Shown piece by piece: positions 16,973 through 28,761 of a DNA stretch of 64,000 nucleotides. Position numbers and translations under genes: made by a program. The notes beneath the pieces were generated by a model. The model saw nothing but the letters and a program-made list of their open reading frames with translations, was not told the DNA's origin and made no database searches. The stretch is from an uncultured cyanobacterium (GTDB lineage: Bacteria > Cyanobacteriota > Cyanobacteriia > Cyanobacteriales > Nostocaceae), in assembly GCA_963740315.1 (NCBI GenBank), contig CAVUDP010000004.1, forward strand, positions 352,001 to 416,000, written 5' to 3'. Within the stretch, counting starts at the first letter, position 1; every line of letters starts with the position of its first letter.

Positions 16973-18475
16973 TTATACAGGACGTTCTGACCAACGAGCG
17001 ACATTACTTGATACAACATCAGAGTTTTCAAATACATCCATAAAAATATTGTGATAAAAACATTCTTCTGGCGATCGCAATTTTACGTGGGGGTATTTTT
17101 GTTGATAAGCGATTGCTTGAGCGATCGTCATTTTACGAGCAAGCATTTCGTCGAGCATATCAACAGTTCCGCTGCCTTCGTCAAACTGTTCTTTCTTTCT
17201 CCAGACGATTTCTGAGGGTAACATATCCTCGAAAGCTTTGCGTAAAATCCATTTTTCTACTAAAGGTTCTCCGACTAATTTTAAATTAGCAGGAATTTGT
17301 TGACCTAACTCAATCATGTTTAAATCCAAAAATGGTACCCTTCCTTCAATCGCGTGTGCCATTGTCATGCGATCGACTCGCTGTAAATTAATATTGTGCA
17401 AGCCCGAAACCGAGCGACGTAATTCTTTATGCAGAACATCTTCGTCGGGAATATCTTTGTAATAGGTGTAGCCTGCAAATAATTCGTCCGCACCTTCTCC
17501 CGTCAAAATTACTTTCACATATTCGGCAGCCATCCGAGAGGTAAAATAGCAAGGAATGGCGCTGCGAACTAAATCTTGGTCAAAAGATTCTAAATAATAA
17601 ATAATTTCGGGAAGTTTGGCGGTGACTTCTTCGGGGGTAATAATGTATTCGTGATGAATCGTTCCCAAATGGGCGCTAACCTTCCTAGCTGCTGACAAAT
17701 CCCGACTATCACCAATACCCACGCTAAAAGTATGTAGCTCTTTCTGATGCTGCTTGGCAACTGCTGCAATAATACTGCTATCAAGTCCACCAGAAAGAAA
17801 AGCACCCAAAGGCACATCGCTCATCAAGCGTTTAATTACAGATTCTTCTACCGTTTTACGTACCCTTTTAATTAAAGCTTCGACATCAACATTGCTATCC
17901 GGGTATAAATCGGGAACGCTATAAAAAGTAGAAAAGCCTTTTTCCGAATGATAATAACTACCGGGGGGAAATTCTTTGACATTTTTACAATGTTGAGAAA
18001 TCGCTTTGAGTTCCGAAGCAAAAACCCAAGCTCCTTCGATTTCCCCATAGTACAAAGGCTTGATACCAATAGGATCGCGAGCTACCAATAAATTGTCACC
18101 ATCTGCGATCGCAAATGCGTACATTCCATCAAGCTCTTGAATAGCCGAAACCCCCTTTTCTTCGTAAAGTCTGAGAATTGCTTCGCTATCGCTACTAGTG
18201 ACAAAATCGCTTTGCTCTTGCAAATTAGAACGTAATTGAGGAAAATTATAAATCTCACCATTCGCGATAATTGCACGAGTTGGCACTTCTCCATAAATTG
18301 GTTGATCGCCACCTTTAGGGTCCATAATACTCAAACGGCGATGTCCCAAGTTTCCAGATTGATTTGCACTCGCATACATTCCTTCAGCATCAGGTCCCCG
18401 GTGAGCAATCTTATCCATCATGCTTTTTACTAAAATGGGATTGCTTTGACCCCAAATACCAGTAATACCGCACAT
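16973..18475 (-). CDS. asnB: Asparagine synthase (glutamine-hydrolysing) family amidotransferase
   Basis: N-terminal MCGI (Ntn Cys), HRGPD, RLSI, NGEIYN, SGGLDSS, TGEGADE, RVPFLD. Confidence 0.9.
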   Translation of the reverse strand: MCGITGIWGQSNPILVKSMMDKIAHRGPDAEGMYASANQSGNLGHRRLSIMDPKGGDQPIYGEVPTRAIIANGEIYNFPQLRSNLQEQSDFVTSSDSEAILRLYEEKGVSAIQELDGMYAFAIADGDNLLVARDPIGIKPLYYGEIEGAWVFASELKAISQHCKNVKEFPPGSYYHSEKGFSTFYSVPDLYPDSNVDVEALIKRVRKTVEESVIKRLMSDVPLGAFLSGGLDSSIIAAVAKQHQKELHTFSVGIGDSRDLSAARKVSAHLGTIHHEYIITPEEVTAKLPEIIYYLESFDQDLVRSAIPCYFTSRMAAEYVKVILTGEGADELFAGYTYYKDIPDEDVLHKELRRSVSGLHNINLQRVDRMTMAHAIEGRVPFLDLNMIELGQQIPANLKLVGEPLVEKWILRKAFEDMLPSEIVWRKKEQFDEGSGTVDMLDEMLARKMTIAQAIAYQQKYPHVKLRSPEECFYHNIFMDVFENSDVVSSNVARWSERPV

Positions 18476-18977
18476 ATTTTTTTTAACTAATTATTTACTA
18501 ATAATAAGGTAACTATTTTACACCGTTGCCGTGTCGTCTTTTTAAAAAATAAAAAACCGAAATCTAACAAGTCATCAAACCAGAATATTTACAACTTTTA
18601 TTATTTTGCGATTTTCTTCTTACTGGTTATTATGCCATTCGCATTAAAAGCTATCACTCAAATTTAATCCTAAAATATATTCATATATATATCACTTGTA
18701 TAAAAACAATATTTGACAAGGCGATAACTACGGAAAACAATATAGAATTTAATTATCAATAGTTTTAAGCTAGTAGGTATTTGCAAGGATCGTTCGTATA
18801 GGAACAACAAAAATTATTATTGCTATATTCGTTTATTTAATACCATACTTAGGATATTTTTTTCGATAAAAAATGCTAATAATTAGAAATTTTTAGAATA
18901 TATATTAAGTATTTTAATTAATTCTTGAAACTGTTAATTGATTGAATTTTACATCTTGCACCATTCTCGTTAAGCTT

Positions 18978-19102
18978 CCTAGTAGCACACGGCTTAAATA
19001 GCGCACCCCTAATTTTAATGGTCAGAAGTCGGGTTTTTAGAATACGTATCTGTAATACACTTACATTTTATAAAAACCCGACTTATATACCGGAGCCTCA
19101 AG
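18978..19102. repeat. Dispersed palindromic repeat (copy 1)
   Basis: aagtcgggttttta...taaaaacccgactt inverted repeat plus 46-bp flank; related copy at 35658-35784. Confidence 0.75.
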
Positions 19103-19317
19103 TGTCAAATTGTGGTCTATAAGTCGTTTAATTATATGGATACCTGACTTACGCCTGTCTGTACTAGTAATTTATTTCAAGGCAAGTCTAAGGGCTAAGT
19201 GTGGATAAGGAATTATATATATAATTAAAAACAATATATCTACTCAAATCTATTAAGGCGATGTTAGGCTTGAGTATTCAAATTTACCTCATATAATTTT
19301 TGCCCCTTCAGTTCGCC

Positions 19318-19755
19318 ATGTCAAAATTATTATCTGCAACCTTAATAACAACAGCCCTATTGTTGGCATTTAACGAAAACCCGAATAAAAACTCGAAATT
19401 TGCGATCGCCGGAACCTGTGCTTCCCAATGCGGTGCAAAGCCACTCCAATTTACACCCGGTAGTTACATCCGGGTAGAAGTAGTAAACAAGACACCAAAT
19501 CTAATTTATATAGAGAAACCACAAGGTACTAATCCAATTGCCTTACGACCGGGACAGCAAGTACGATTAGAACAAGGAGATGGAACCGAACCGAATATAT
19601 CAGTAATTTTCTGGAACGAAAACGGATTATCGTTAAAAGCCAACCTTTCCAAACCAAACTTTGCAACCTTGCAAGTCGAATTACGTCCCGAATGGCGGAT
19701 TGGTGGGGATAGCGGAGTTTATATAAAGGATGATGGGCGGGTACAGTTGCTTTAA
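19318..19755 (+). CDS. Secreted hypothetical protein
   Basis: Hydrophobic N-terminus, AIA-GTCASQC, beta-rich mature domain. Confidence 0.7.
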   Translation: MSKLLSATLITTALLLAFNENPNKNSKFAIAGTCASQCGAKPLQFTPGSYIRVEVVNKTPNLIYIEKPQGTNPIALRPGQQVRLEQGDGTEPNISVIFWNENGLSLKANLSKPNFATLQVELRPEWRIGGDSGVYIKDDGRVQLL

Positions 19756-19950
19756 GAAAACTTAATAGTTATGAGTTGGTAGTGGGAGCCGGAAAGCTCC
19801 CTAGTATTTCGCTACATAACTTTTACGAAGTCATGATAGTTCATTCAAATTTTTAAACCCAGCGTTTTTTATTTAATTCTGTCTGGCTACTTAGCTACGC
19901 ACAATAATATTAATATTTTGTACGTCATATTTTCAATCAGCAACGCCCAA

Positions 19951-21069
19951 TTAAGAAGAACTTTCTCTTCTTTTTTTAGCTGCTCGTTTCTCTTGAATAG
20001 TAATAACAATCAAGGTAATAGCAGTTAGGGGTAAAACAAACCAAAGCATTATATCTATGTAAGTAGATAAAACGTCGCGATTCTTGGTGTAGTATAAAAT
20101 AAGATATCCTGTATAAGCTACGTAATAAAATAAAAATAATACTCCCTCCCAACGATCGATTCGTCTCCCAGAATAAAAAATAGGCAGACAGGCAAAGGCA
20201 ACGGCGATCGCCACTGGAATATCAAATTGAATTGCTTCTATACTAACTGGAATACCTTCTGGTGCAACTATTCCTGAAACTCCAAGAACCGCTAAAATAT
20301 TAAAAATATTACTACCTAAAACATTGCCGACTGCAATATCTCTTTCTCCTCGCAAGCTAGCGACAACAGAGGTAGCAAGTTCTGGTAAAGATGTTCCCAT
20401 AGCAACAATTGTTAAGCCGATAATTAGTTCACTTAATCCTAAGCTTCTGGCTATGACGATCGCTGAGTCTACCAACCAGCCAGAACCTAATACCAACAAC
20501 CCCAAGCCACCAACAACAAAAACTAGATTTTTGAGCCAAATTAACCGTGTTGTTGCTTCTGAATTACTGTACTCTCTAGCAAATTCATCATCTTCTGAAT
20601 TATTGGCATCATTTTTTTGTTTGCTACTTTGATAGATCAAAGACAAAGTATAGGCTATCCCACCAGCAAACAAAATAATACTATCAACTCGACCTAGTTG
20701 CCCATCTAAACTAAATAATAAGAGCAACAAGGACACCCCGATCATAATTGGTACATCAGACCTAATTAATTGCCGAGTCACAATTAAAGGAGCAACCAAA
20801 GCAGATATACCAAGAATAAATAAAATGTTGAAAATGTTACTGCCGACTACATTACCGATGGCAATATCTGGTTGTCCTGCAAAACTAGACATAATACTAA
20901 CTGTCATTTCTGGTGCGCTTGTACCATAAGCGACAACAGTTAATCCTATAATTAAAGGAGAAATTCCTAAAATAGCAGCAATGCGAGATGCACCTTTGAC
21001 TAGAAATTCAGCACCGATTACCAGCAATACTAGTCCTGCTACCAAGAATAAAAAAGTTGTTGGGGTCAT
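19951..21069 (-). CDS. Calcium/sodium antiporter (CaCA, YrbG-like)
   Basis: Two alpha-repeats GTSAPE..GNVVGSN and GTSLPE..GNVLGSN. Confidence 0.92.
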   Translation of the reverse strand: MTPTTFLFLVAGLVLLVIGAEFLVKGASRIAAILGISPLIIGLTVVAYGTSAPEMTVSIMSSFAGQPDIAIGNVVGSNIFNILFILGISALVAPLIVTRQLIRSDVPIMIGVSLLLLLFSLDGQLGRVDSIILFAGGIAYTLSLIYQSSKQKNDANNSEDDEFAREYSNSEATTRLIWLKNLVFVVGGLGLLVLGSGWLVDSAIVIARSLGLSELIIGLTIVAMGTSLPELATSVVASLRGERDIAVGNVLGSNIFNILAVLGVSGIVAPEGIPVSIEAIQFDIPVAIAVAFACLPIFYSGRRIDRWEGVLFLFYYVAYTGYLILYYTKNRDVLSTYIDIMLWFVLPLTAITLIVITIQEKRAAKKRRESSS

Positions 21070-21218
21070 AAATAAAAAAATATACCTTAATTTAATTATC
21101 AATTAGAATACTTGAATTCCGATTATCTTCAACAATTAAGCTAATAAATTTTAATTAAAATCCCTCTCAAGTAGGGGATCCGACAGTAAACGTATAGAAA
21201 AAAACGCGCAGCGTATAA

Positions 21219-21240
21219 CTAGGGCTTGCTGAAAAAAGAG
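21219..21240 (+). mobile_element. Possible isolated IS/MITE terminal remnant
   Basis: ctagggcttgctgaaaaa resembles cyanobacterial IS5-like ends (from memory); no partner end or transposase seen. Confidence 0.25.
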
Positions 21241-21529
21241 AAAAAGGAAGCATCTATAGATAAACCGGGTTTTTTATTGCAAGAAGATAAATTTTGATTT
21301 GAATTTTTAATTTGTGCAAGCAATATATTTTAGGCTGAAATAGGAATTTTTAAGTTGATAACTTTAATAACAATGTTTTTAACTATCTTGAAAATGTTGT
21401 CGCATTCGTAGGTTAATAAAAATATCCTATTTTCTCACAATTTCTAATTCTTAACTTTTAATTTCTAACTGTACAGACGTAGCAGTGCTACGTCTCTACA
21501 CTCCTAACTCTTAACTCCTAACTTCTTCT

Positions 21530-23650
21530 ATGCTAGATGAAATCAAACCAAAATCTCCCCGTCATCAACTACCGTTACAACGCTGGCAAATTTATCCACA
21601 AAAAACTCAGTTAGCGCAAAAGCTGGCACGGATGAATAATATGTCACCTTTAATTAACCAGTTGCTAATAAATCGCGGCTTTGATTCACCAGACACGGCA
21701 GAAATATTTTTAAATCCACAATCATTAAGTTTACCGGAACCGTTGGATGAATTTCCAGATTTAGCACTTAGCGTCGAGTTGCTGCAAAATGCAATCGCTA
21801 CTCATTCAAAAATAGCTATTTGCGGCGATTATGATGCTGATGGTATGACTAGCACGGCTTTACTTTTACGGAGTTTGCGGACTTTTGGCGCTGATGTTGA
21901 TTATGCTATCCCCAGTCGGATGCATGAAGGTTATGGTATCAACAAGCGAATTATTGAAGAGTTTTACAATGAAGGTGTAGGAATTATTCTGACTGTAGAT
22001 AATGGTATCTCCGCATTTGAACCGATCGCTAGAGCTAAGGAATTAGGATTAAAAACAATTATTACAGACCATCACGATATTCCCCAGAAATTACCTCCAG
22101 CAGACGCGATTTTAAATCCTAAGTTATTACCGGAATCCTCCGTTTATCGTGGTGTTGCTGGTGTCGGTGCTGCTTATATTTTGGCGATGTCTCTAGCAGA
22201 AAAGTTGGGTAGAGCCGAAGAGATATCGGATACGATGCTGGAATTATTTGCTTTAGGGACAATTGCCGATTTGGCTCCGCTAGTGGGGGTTAACCGTACC
22301 TGGGTGAAGCGTGGTTTACGGTTATTACCCAAATCTCAACTAGCAGGCATACAAGCATTGATTCAAATGGCTGGAGTGCAAGCACTAGGAAGCGGAGGAA
22401 GCCCAAAAGCGGAGGAAACTAGGGAACTAGTTAGTAAATCAATAGGTAGCAATCCAAAATCCAAAATCCAAAATCCAAAATCCCTCAAGCCTGATGATAT
22501 TGGTTTTCGTTTGGGACCACGAATTAATGCGATCGGTAGAATTGGCGACCCCCAAATTGTTATAGAATTATTGACTACTGACGATGTAGGAATAGCACTC
22601 GAACGCGCAATGCAGTGCGAAGCGACTAATGCACGTCGTCGGGAGATGTGCGAGGAAATTGAAAAACAAGCTATTGAATTAGTAGAAGCCGAATATGTAG
22701 CTTCTTTAAAAGACGATCGAGTATTATTTATCGTTCAACCAAACTGGCATCACGGGGTAATTGGTATTGTTGCCTCCCGGTTACTCGAACGTTACGGAGT
22801 TCCGGTATTTATCGGTACTTATGAAGATGACAAGCATATTCGCGGTTCTGCGAGGGGAATTCCCGAATTTAATATATTTGACGCTTTGCAATACTGCGAT
22901 GATTTGCTCGGTAAATACGGAGGACATAAAGCAGCAGGGGGATTTTCTTTACCAGCAGAAAATCTGGAAGCAGTGCGTCAGCGCTTGAGTGAGTTTGCCT
23001 GCTCATGTCTCGAACTTCAGCACCTCAAACCTCTGCTTAAAATTGACACGGAAGCTAATCTCAATCAAATTAATCGAGAACTCTATCAACAACTCAATGC
23101 TTTAGAACCTTGTGGAATTGAAAACCCAAATCCGGTTTTTTGGACTCCCAACGTCAAAGTAGTCGAGCAAAAAATTGTTGGTAAAGGTCATATTAAATTT
23201 ACAGTTGCTCAAATGGTAGACGGGCAACAGTATAAAATCAAAGGCATAGCTTGGCGATCGCGCGATTATTTTCCTTTGCCGACGCGAGTCGATATTGCCT
23301 ACAAACTTAAAGAAAACAATTTCAACGGTAATACGAATATTGAATTAGAATTATCAGGAGTCAGACTTCCTTCTTGTTCTCGCTTCTTTTTTACTTATAA
23401 AAGTGAACCCGTTAGAACCACCTTTGAATACAGCGATCGTCAGTATATCTGCGGCATTTATCAAAACGGTTCTTCAGCAGAATTAAGAATTAAGAGTCCC
23501 GAAGACAAAATTTTAGCGCTTCAGTCAGGACATGATATCGGTATATTAGGAATCGATCGCGAACAAGCCGAAAAGGTTGATATATCTCAACCCCCTTACT
23601 ACGATATTATTCAAGCTGCCTTGAAAGCCTTAGAAGAAGTGAGGAGTTAG
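21530..23650 (+). CDS. recJ: ssDNA-specific exonuclease RecJ
   Basis: GDYDADG, TVDNG, TDHH, GTIAD, GSAR, GGHKAAGG motifs. Confidence 0.95.
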   Translation: MLDEIKPKSPRHQLPLQRWQIYPQKTQLAQKLARMNNMSPLINQLLINRGFDSPDTAEIFLNPQSLSLPEPLDEFPDLALSVELLQNAIATHSKIAICGDYDADGMTSTALLLRSLRTFGADVDYAIPSRMHEGYGINKRIIEEFYNEGVGIILTVDNGISAFEPIARAKELGLKTIITDHHDIPQKLPPADAILNPKLLPESSVYRGVAGVGAAYILAMSLAEKLGRAEEISDTMLELFALGTIADLAPLVGVNRTWVKRGLRLLPKSQLAGIQALIQMAGVQALGSGGSPKAEETRELVSKSIGSNPKSKIQNPKSLKPDDIGFRLGPRINAIGRIGDPQIVIELLTTDDVGIALERAMQCEATNARRREMCEEIEKQAIELVEAEYVASLKDDRVLFIVQPNWHHGVIGIVASRLLERYGVPVFIGTYEDDKHIRGSARGIPEFNIFDALQYCDDLLGKYGGHKAAGGFSLPAENLEAVRQRLSEFACSCLELQHLKPLLKIDTEANLNQINRELYQQLNALEPCGIENPNPVFWTPNVKVVEQKIVGKGHIKFTVAQMVDGQQYKIKGIAWRSRDYFPLPTRVDIAYKLKENNFNGNTNIELELSGVRLPSCSRFFFTYKSEPVRTTFEYSDRQYICGIYQNGSSAELRIKSPEDKILALQSGHDIGILGIDREQAEKVDISQPPYYDIIQAALKALEEVRS

Positions 23651-23905
23651 GAGTGAGGAGTTAGCAGTTAGGAGTGAGGAGTTAGCAGTTAGGAGTTAGC
23701 AGTTGTAATATTTTGGATTTTGGATTTCGGATTAAAGATACTTGTATTTATTTAGGAGTGAGGAGTTGTGATATTTTGAATTTTGGATTAAAAATACTTG
23801 TATTTAGTTAGAAGTTAGAAATTTTGAACATGCAGACCTTTAACATGCAGACCTTTGACCTCTTAAAGGAGTTAAGAGTCAAGCTCATAACTCCATTAAA
23901 AAGCA

Positions 23906-24025
23906 TTACATATCGCCACCGCGAAATGCTAATACGAAAATTACCGCAGGTCCAGCTAACATAATCAGTCCTACAGACGCAAGCTGAAAAATAACTTCCC
24001 AATTGATATTGGCTAAAGCTTCCAT
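23906..24025 (-). CDS. psb30: Photosystem II protein Psb30 (Ycf12)
   Basis: [37 protein letters not shown] before ATG at 24025. Confidence 0.92.
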   Translation of the reverse strand: MEALANINWEVIFQLASVGLIMLAGPAVIFVLAFRGGDM

Positions 24026-24281
24026 TAATTCCTCCCAGTTGTCATTAAAAAAATGAATAAAAAGAAAATTCTTTCCTGGATATAGATCATATCCGGCAAT
24101 TGGTAGCAAATTTTAATTTACTTAACAAAATTATAGAAAAAGAAATAAAAAATGAAGAAAAGGTAATCGATTTTAAGATAGGGTTTTCGTAAAATACGTA
24201 AAATATAACAATTTAAAATTTTACCCTCTTAAAATTGCAAAATAATTATTAACCTTTATTACTTAACTGAAAATAAAAAAA

Positions 24282-24632
24282 ATGGCAACTTGGCAATGTG
24301 TAAAGCGATGTGGAGCCTGCTGTTATCTTGACCCAGCAGAGCGTCCGGATTTAGAAGAATATTTAACTGCGGAAGAATTACAAGAATATCTCAGTATGGT
24401 CGGCGAAGATGGATGGTGCATAAATTACGATCTTAGCAGCCGTGAATGCAGTATTTATGCTGAACGTCCGCGTTTTTGCCGCGTAGAGCCAGAAGTATTT
24501 AAAGACTTATTTGGTATTGAACCCGAAGAATTAAACGACTTCGCCATTGAATGCTGTCACGAGCAGATAGAATCATTGTATGGCGATCGCAGTTTTGAAA
24601 TGATGCGATTTAATAAAGCAATTGGGATATGA
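24282..24632 (+). CDS. YkgJ-family cysteine-cluster protein
   Basis: CxxxCGACC and C..CSIYAERPRFCR motifs. Confidence 0.88.
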   Translation: MATWQCVKRCGACCYLDPAERPDLEEYLTAEELQEYLSMVGEDGWCINYDLSSRECSIYAERPRFCRVEPEVFKDLFGIEPEELNDFAIECCHEQIESLYGDRSFEMMRFNKAIGI

Positions 24633-24733
24633 TTGGGGATTGGTAATTGGGGATTGGTAATTGGGGATTAGGGATTGGTAATTGGGGATTGGTAATTGGG
24701 GATTAGGGATTGGTAATTGGGGATTGGTAATTG
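24633..24733. repeat. Heptamer STRR (ttgggga/ttggtaa)n
   Basis: Direct inspection. Confidence 0.9.
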
Positions 24734-24785
24734 GTATATAATAAGCGAGCAAGATGCTCGCACTACAATAAATAATTTATTTTCC

Positions 24786-24992
24786 CCTTGTCCCCCCATC
24801 TCCCCATCCCCCCATCCCCCCATCCCCCCATCCCCCCATCTCCCCATCTCCCCATCTCCCCATCCCCCCATCTCCCCATCTCCCCATCTCCCCATCTCCC
24901 CATCCCCCCATCTCCCCATCCCCCCATCTCCCCATCTCCCCATCCCCCCATCTCCCCATCCCCCCATCCCACAATCTCCCCATCCCCCAATC
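24786..24992. repeat. Octamer tandem repeat (ccccatct/ccccatcc)n
   Basis: About 25 tandem units; explains the spurious [16 protein letters not shown] ORFs. Confidence 0.92.
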
Positions 24993-25154
24993 TCCTCAAA
25001 CGGACGGCAACTACACCTTATAGCTTACGGCTCTCCCCACTGCCACTGCATATGAAATAAAGATACATTATCCTTAAGAAAAGTAGACAAATGTTTAAAA
25101 AAAAGTGAATTTGTTTTCACTGCTAACCGTTCAGCGAGGGAGCAAGAACCCATT

Positions 25155-27608
25155 ATGTTTGAACATTTTACTTCTGAAGCAATTAAGGTAGTTATGCTCG
25201 CCCAGGAGGAGGCACGTCGCCTGGGGCACAATTTTGTAGGCACGGAACAAATTCTCTTGGGATTGCTAGGAGAAGAAACGGGTGTTGCTGCCAAGGTGCT
25301 GACGGATATGGGTGTAACTCTTAGAGATGCACGCCGTGAAGTCGAAAAAATTATTGGTAGAGGTTCTGGTTTCGTTCCACCAGAGATTCCTTTTACTCCT
25401 AAAGTTAAAACTCTATTTGAGCAGTCTTTTAAGGAAGCTCGCTCTCTTGGACATAATTATATTGGTACGGAACATTTGCTTCTCGGCTTGACTGAAGCTG
25501 GTGAAGGTGTTGCTGCTAAAGTATTACAAAATCTAGATGTTGATTTGAAGCAGCTTCGTACTGCTGTTATCCGCCGTTTGGGTGAAGTCGCATCTGTTGG
25601 TGCTGGCGTTGGCGGTGGTAGCAACAGACGCAACCAAACTGCTACTTTAGAGGAATTTGGTAGAAATCTAACTAAATTAGCCGCTGAGGGCAAACTAGAC
25701 CCCGTAGTTGGTCGCGAAAAAGAAATTGAACGTACTGTTCAAGTCTTGGGAAGACGTACCAAAAATAACCCCGCATTAATTGGCGAACCTGGAGTTGGTA
25801 AAACTGCGATCGCCGAAGGTTTAGCACAGCGAATTGTTAATAACGATGTACCTGAAATCTTGCAAGATAAGCAAGTAATCAGTCTTGACATGGGTTCGGT
25901 AGTAGCTGGCACTCGTTTCCGTGGTGATTTTGAGGAACGTCTCAAGAAAATCATGGAGGAAATCCGCTCGGCAGGAAATATCGTCCTCGTGATCGATGAA
26001 GTACATACTTTAGTTGGTGCGGGTGGGATGGAAGGCGGTATGGATGCTGCCAATATTCTTAAGCCAGCGTTAGCTAGAGGCGAACTTCAGTGTATTGGAG
26101 CCACGACTCTTGATGAGTACCGCAAGCACATCGAACGCGATGCGGCTTTGGAACGTCGTTTCCAGCCAATTAAGATTGGCGAACCTTCAGTAGATGAAAC
26201 GGTTGTAATTTTACAAGGCTTGCGCGGTGCTTACGAGCAGCATCACAATTTAACAATATCTGACGAAGCATTAGTTGCAGCCGCCGAACTTTCCGATCGA
26301 TATATCTCAGATCGCTTTTTACCCGATAAAGCTATCGATTTGATTGATGAAGCTGGTTCGAGAGTGCATTTGCGTCATTCGATGGCTTCTAGCGATCGCG
26401 ATTTGAAGCGTCAAATTTCTGCACTTGGCAAGCAGAAAAACGAAGCGGTGAAGTTACAGGACTTTGACAAAGCTTCCGAACTCCGCGACAAAGAAATGGA
26501 GTTGGAAGTACAGCTTAAAGATGCTGAATCTGGCGAACAGATGATTAGAGCCGTTGTTGGCGAAGAAGATATTGCTCAAATCGTATCTTCTTGGACAGGC
26601 GTACCCGTCAACAAGCTGACAGAATCCGAATCCGAAGTGTTGCTGCATTTAGAAGATACCTTACACCAACGGCTGATCGGACAAGAGCAAGCAGTTACCG
26701 CAGTATCCAAGGCAATTCGCCGCGCTCGCGTTGGCTTGAAGAATCCCGATCGCCCAATTGCTAGCTTTATTTTCTCAGGTCCTACGGGAGTTGGTAAAAC
26801 AGAATTAGCGAAATCCTTGGCTTCCTACTTCTTTGGTTCCGAAGAGAATATGATTCGGTTGGATATGTCCGAATTCATGGAACGCCATACCGTCAGCAAA
26901 CTAATCGGTTCACCTCCGGGTTTTGTCGGATACGACGAAGGCGGACAATTAACCGAAGCCGTGCGCCGCAAACCTTATACGGTTATCCTTTTCGACGAAA
27001 TCGAAAAAGCGCACCCCGACATATTTAATATGTTGCTGCAAATGTTGGATGAAGGTCATCTTACCGATGCCAAAGGTAGGAAAGTAGACTTCAAGAATAC
27101 TTTGATTATCTTGACTTCCAATATTGGCTCGCGAGTAATTGAAAAAGGTGGTGGTGGTTTAGGCTTCAACGTCGAAGATGAAGCAGAAGCTAACTACAAC
27201 CGCATCAAAACCTTGGTTAACGAAGAACTTAAAAACTACTTCCGTCCGGAATTTCTCAACCGTCTTGATGAAATTATCGTCTTTACTCAACTTCAGAAAG
27301 ACGAAATCAAAGAAATCGCCGAAATCTTGCTCAAAGAAGTTACTAGCCGTTTAGCTGAGAAAGAAATCAGCTTGCAAATGAGCGAAAGCTTCAAAGATTT
27401 AGTAGTGCAGCAAGGATACAATCCCAGCTACGGTGCCAGACCATTACGTAGAGCAATAATGAACCTCTTAGAAGATTCATTAGCAGAAGCAATGCTCTCA
27501 GGTCAAATAACCGCAGGCGATACAGCAGTCATAGACGTTGACGACGACGGAAAAGTCAAAGTCATTAAAGCGGAGAAATCCGAATTCGAGTTTGCCAATG
27601 TTGGCTAA
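25155..27608 (+). CDS. clpC: ATP-dependent Clp protease ATP-binding subunit, ClpC-like
   Basis: Clp-N repeats, two AAA modules ([16 protein letters not shown]), LGF ClpP-docking loop. Confidence 0.92.
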   Translation: MFEHFTSEAIKVVMLAQEEARRLGHNFVGTEQILLGLLGEETGVAAKVLTDMGVTLRDARREVEKIIGRGSGFVPPEIPFTPKVKTLFEQSFKEARSLGHNYIGTEHLLLGLTEAGEGVAAKVLQNLDVDLKQLRTAVIRRLGEVASVGAGVGGGSNRRNQTATLEEFGRNLTKLAAEGKLDPVVGREKEIERTVQVLGRRTKNNPALIGEPGVGKTAIAEGLAQRIVNNDVPEILQDKQVISLDMGSVVAGTRFRGDFEERLKKIMEEIRSAGNIVLVIDEVHTLVGAGGMEGGMDAANILKPALARGELQCIGATTLDEYRKHIERDAALERRFQPIKIGEPSVDETVVILQGLRGAYEQHHNLTISDEALVAAAELSDRYISDRFLPDKAIDLIDEAGSRVHLRHSMASSDRDLKRQISALGKQKNEAVKLQDFDKASELRDKEMELEVQLKDAESGEQMIRAVVGEEDIAQIVSSWTGVPVNKLTESESEVLLHLEDTLHQRLIGQEQAVTAVSKAIRRARVGLKNPDRPIASFIFSGPTGVGKTELAKSLASYFFGSEENMIRLDMSEFMERHTVSKLIGSPPGFVGYDEGGQLTEAVRRKPYTVILFDEIEKAHPDIFNMLLQMLDEGHLTDAKGRKVDFKNTLIILTSNIGSRVIEKGGGGLGFNVEDEAEANYNRIKTLVNEELKNYFRPEFLNRLDEIIVFTQLQKDEIKEIAEILLKEVTSRLAEKEISLQMSESFKDLVVQQGYNPSYGARPLRRAIMNLLEDSLAEAMLSGQITAGDTAVIDVDDDGKVKVIKAEKSEFEFANVG

Positions 27609-27794
27609 AAGTTATACCAGAAATAATTTTGGTGGTAACATACTCATAAGAACCCTTTGTCAAAAGAAAAACTTCTATACTTCCGAAGAACGGGTTTTCC
27701 ACCCGTTCCAGGAAAGAAGAAGTAAATATAAAGCTTGGGGGGATGTAGAGAATTTACTTAGGCAAACATTGTATGAAATGGTAATAACTCTTTT

Positions 27795-27826
27795 AACCCC
27801 CGGTAGCGATACTGGGGGATTTTTAT
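27795..27826 (+). terminator. Rho-independent terminator
   Basis: cccccggta-gcga-tactggggg hairpin followed by T-run. Confidence 0.65.
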
Positions 27827-27959
27827 TTGATGGTTAAAAAGGTTTGTAGTAAGCGCTTAAGCGCCTCTCCGTATTTAGTGCTGTGAAGTTAAAATTTCGT
27901 TATAAGAATTAGTTTGAATTTCTATCTTTATATACATTGATTATTACTGAGGTATACAG

Positions 27960-28487
27960 ATGAGGATAAGTGTTGAAGAGTTATTGCAGCGTTATGAGAA
28001 GGGGGAAAGAGATTTTGCTGGGGCTGAACTTTGGAGAGGCAAGTTAGAAGACGCTGAATTGCCAGGAATTAATTTGAGCAAAGCTAATTTGCATGGGGCT
28101 AAGTTGAATAGAGCTAATTTGAGTGGGGCTAATCTTAGTGGAGCCAATTTGGATTGCGCTCAACTCGAAGAGGCTGATTTAACCGGGGCTAATTTGAGTA
28201 AAGCTTATATCTCTGAAGCTATTCTTACTTGGGCTAATCTAACTGAAGCTGATTTAAGTAGAGCCAGTTTGGCTGAATCTAGCTTGCACGAAGCTAACCT
28301 CACCAATGCAAAAATGACTGGAACTGACTTAGGTGTTCCTTGTTTGACGGTCGCAAATTTGACTAACGTTGACTTGAGCAGTACTTGGATTGATTTGCCC
28401 GATGGAATAGAGAATCCCAGAGTTGCTGGAGCTATATTTTGTAACACCACTATGCCTGACGGAACTAAGATAAGAAGTTTTTTCTAG
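27960..28487 (+). CDS. Pentapeptide repeat protein
   Basis: ELLQRYEKGERDF N-cap and A(N/D)LxG/A repeats. Confidence 0.92.
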   Translation: MRISVEELLQRYEKGERDFAGAELWRGKLEDAELPGINLSKANLHGAKLNRANLSGANLSGANLDCAQLEEADLTGANLSKAYISEAILTWANLTEADLSRASLAESSLHEANLTNAKMTGTDLGVPCLTVANLTNVDLSSTWIDLPDGIENPRVAGAIFCNTTMPDGTKIRSFF

Positions 28488-28497
28488 ATTAATATTA

Positions 28498-28723
28498 GTA
28501 GGTTGAGTTTTTCAATGCGTGTAACCCAACATCAGCTATAAGAAAAACAAACAAGTTTGAAATTACGAAAATATCCGGTGGGAAAATAAAAAAATATTCT
28601 CCGACCGATTTTTATATATTGATATATTTCTCGTAAATCATCACAAAAAATGTTGGGTTACGGCGCAAGGGGAAATTTATTGTGTTCTTAGAAATATTTT
28701 TGTGCGCCGTGAAGCCAACCTAC
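28498..28723. mobile_element. GTAG-flanked REPIN/MITE-like element
   Basis: gtaggttg...caacctac ends; internal gtaacccaaca / tgttgggttac inverted pair; family also at 52847-53015 and 54018-54107. Confidence 0.7.
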
Positions 28724-28761
28724 TGAGAATCGAGCTACTACTCTTCCCTACTCCCCGATCG

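Noticed and set aside
24668..25060. ORFs of MGRWGDGE / PISPSPHL type (also 12260-12376, 40745-41054, 50980-51334)
   Set aside because: Translations of octamer/nonamer tandem repeats with no stops; not credible genes
27538..27837. 99-aa ORF overlapping the clpC end
   Set aside because: No recognisable motif, and it runs through a terminator hairpin
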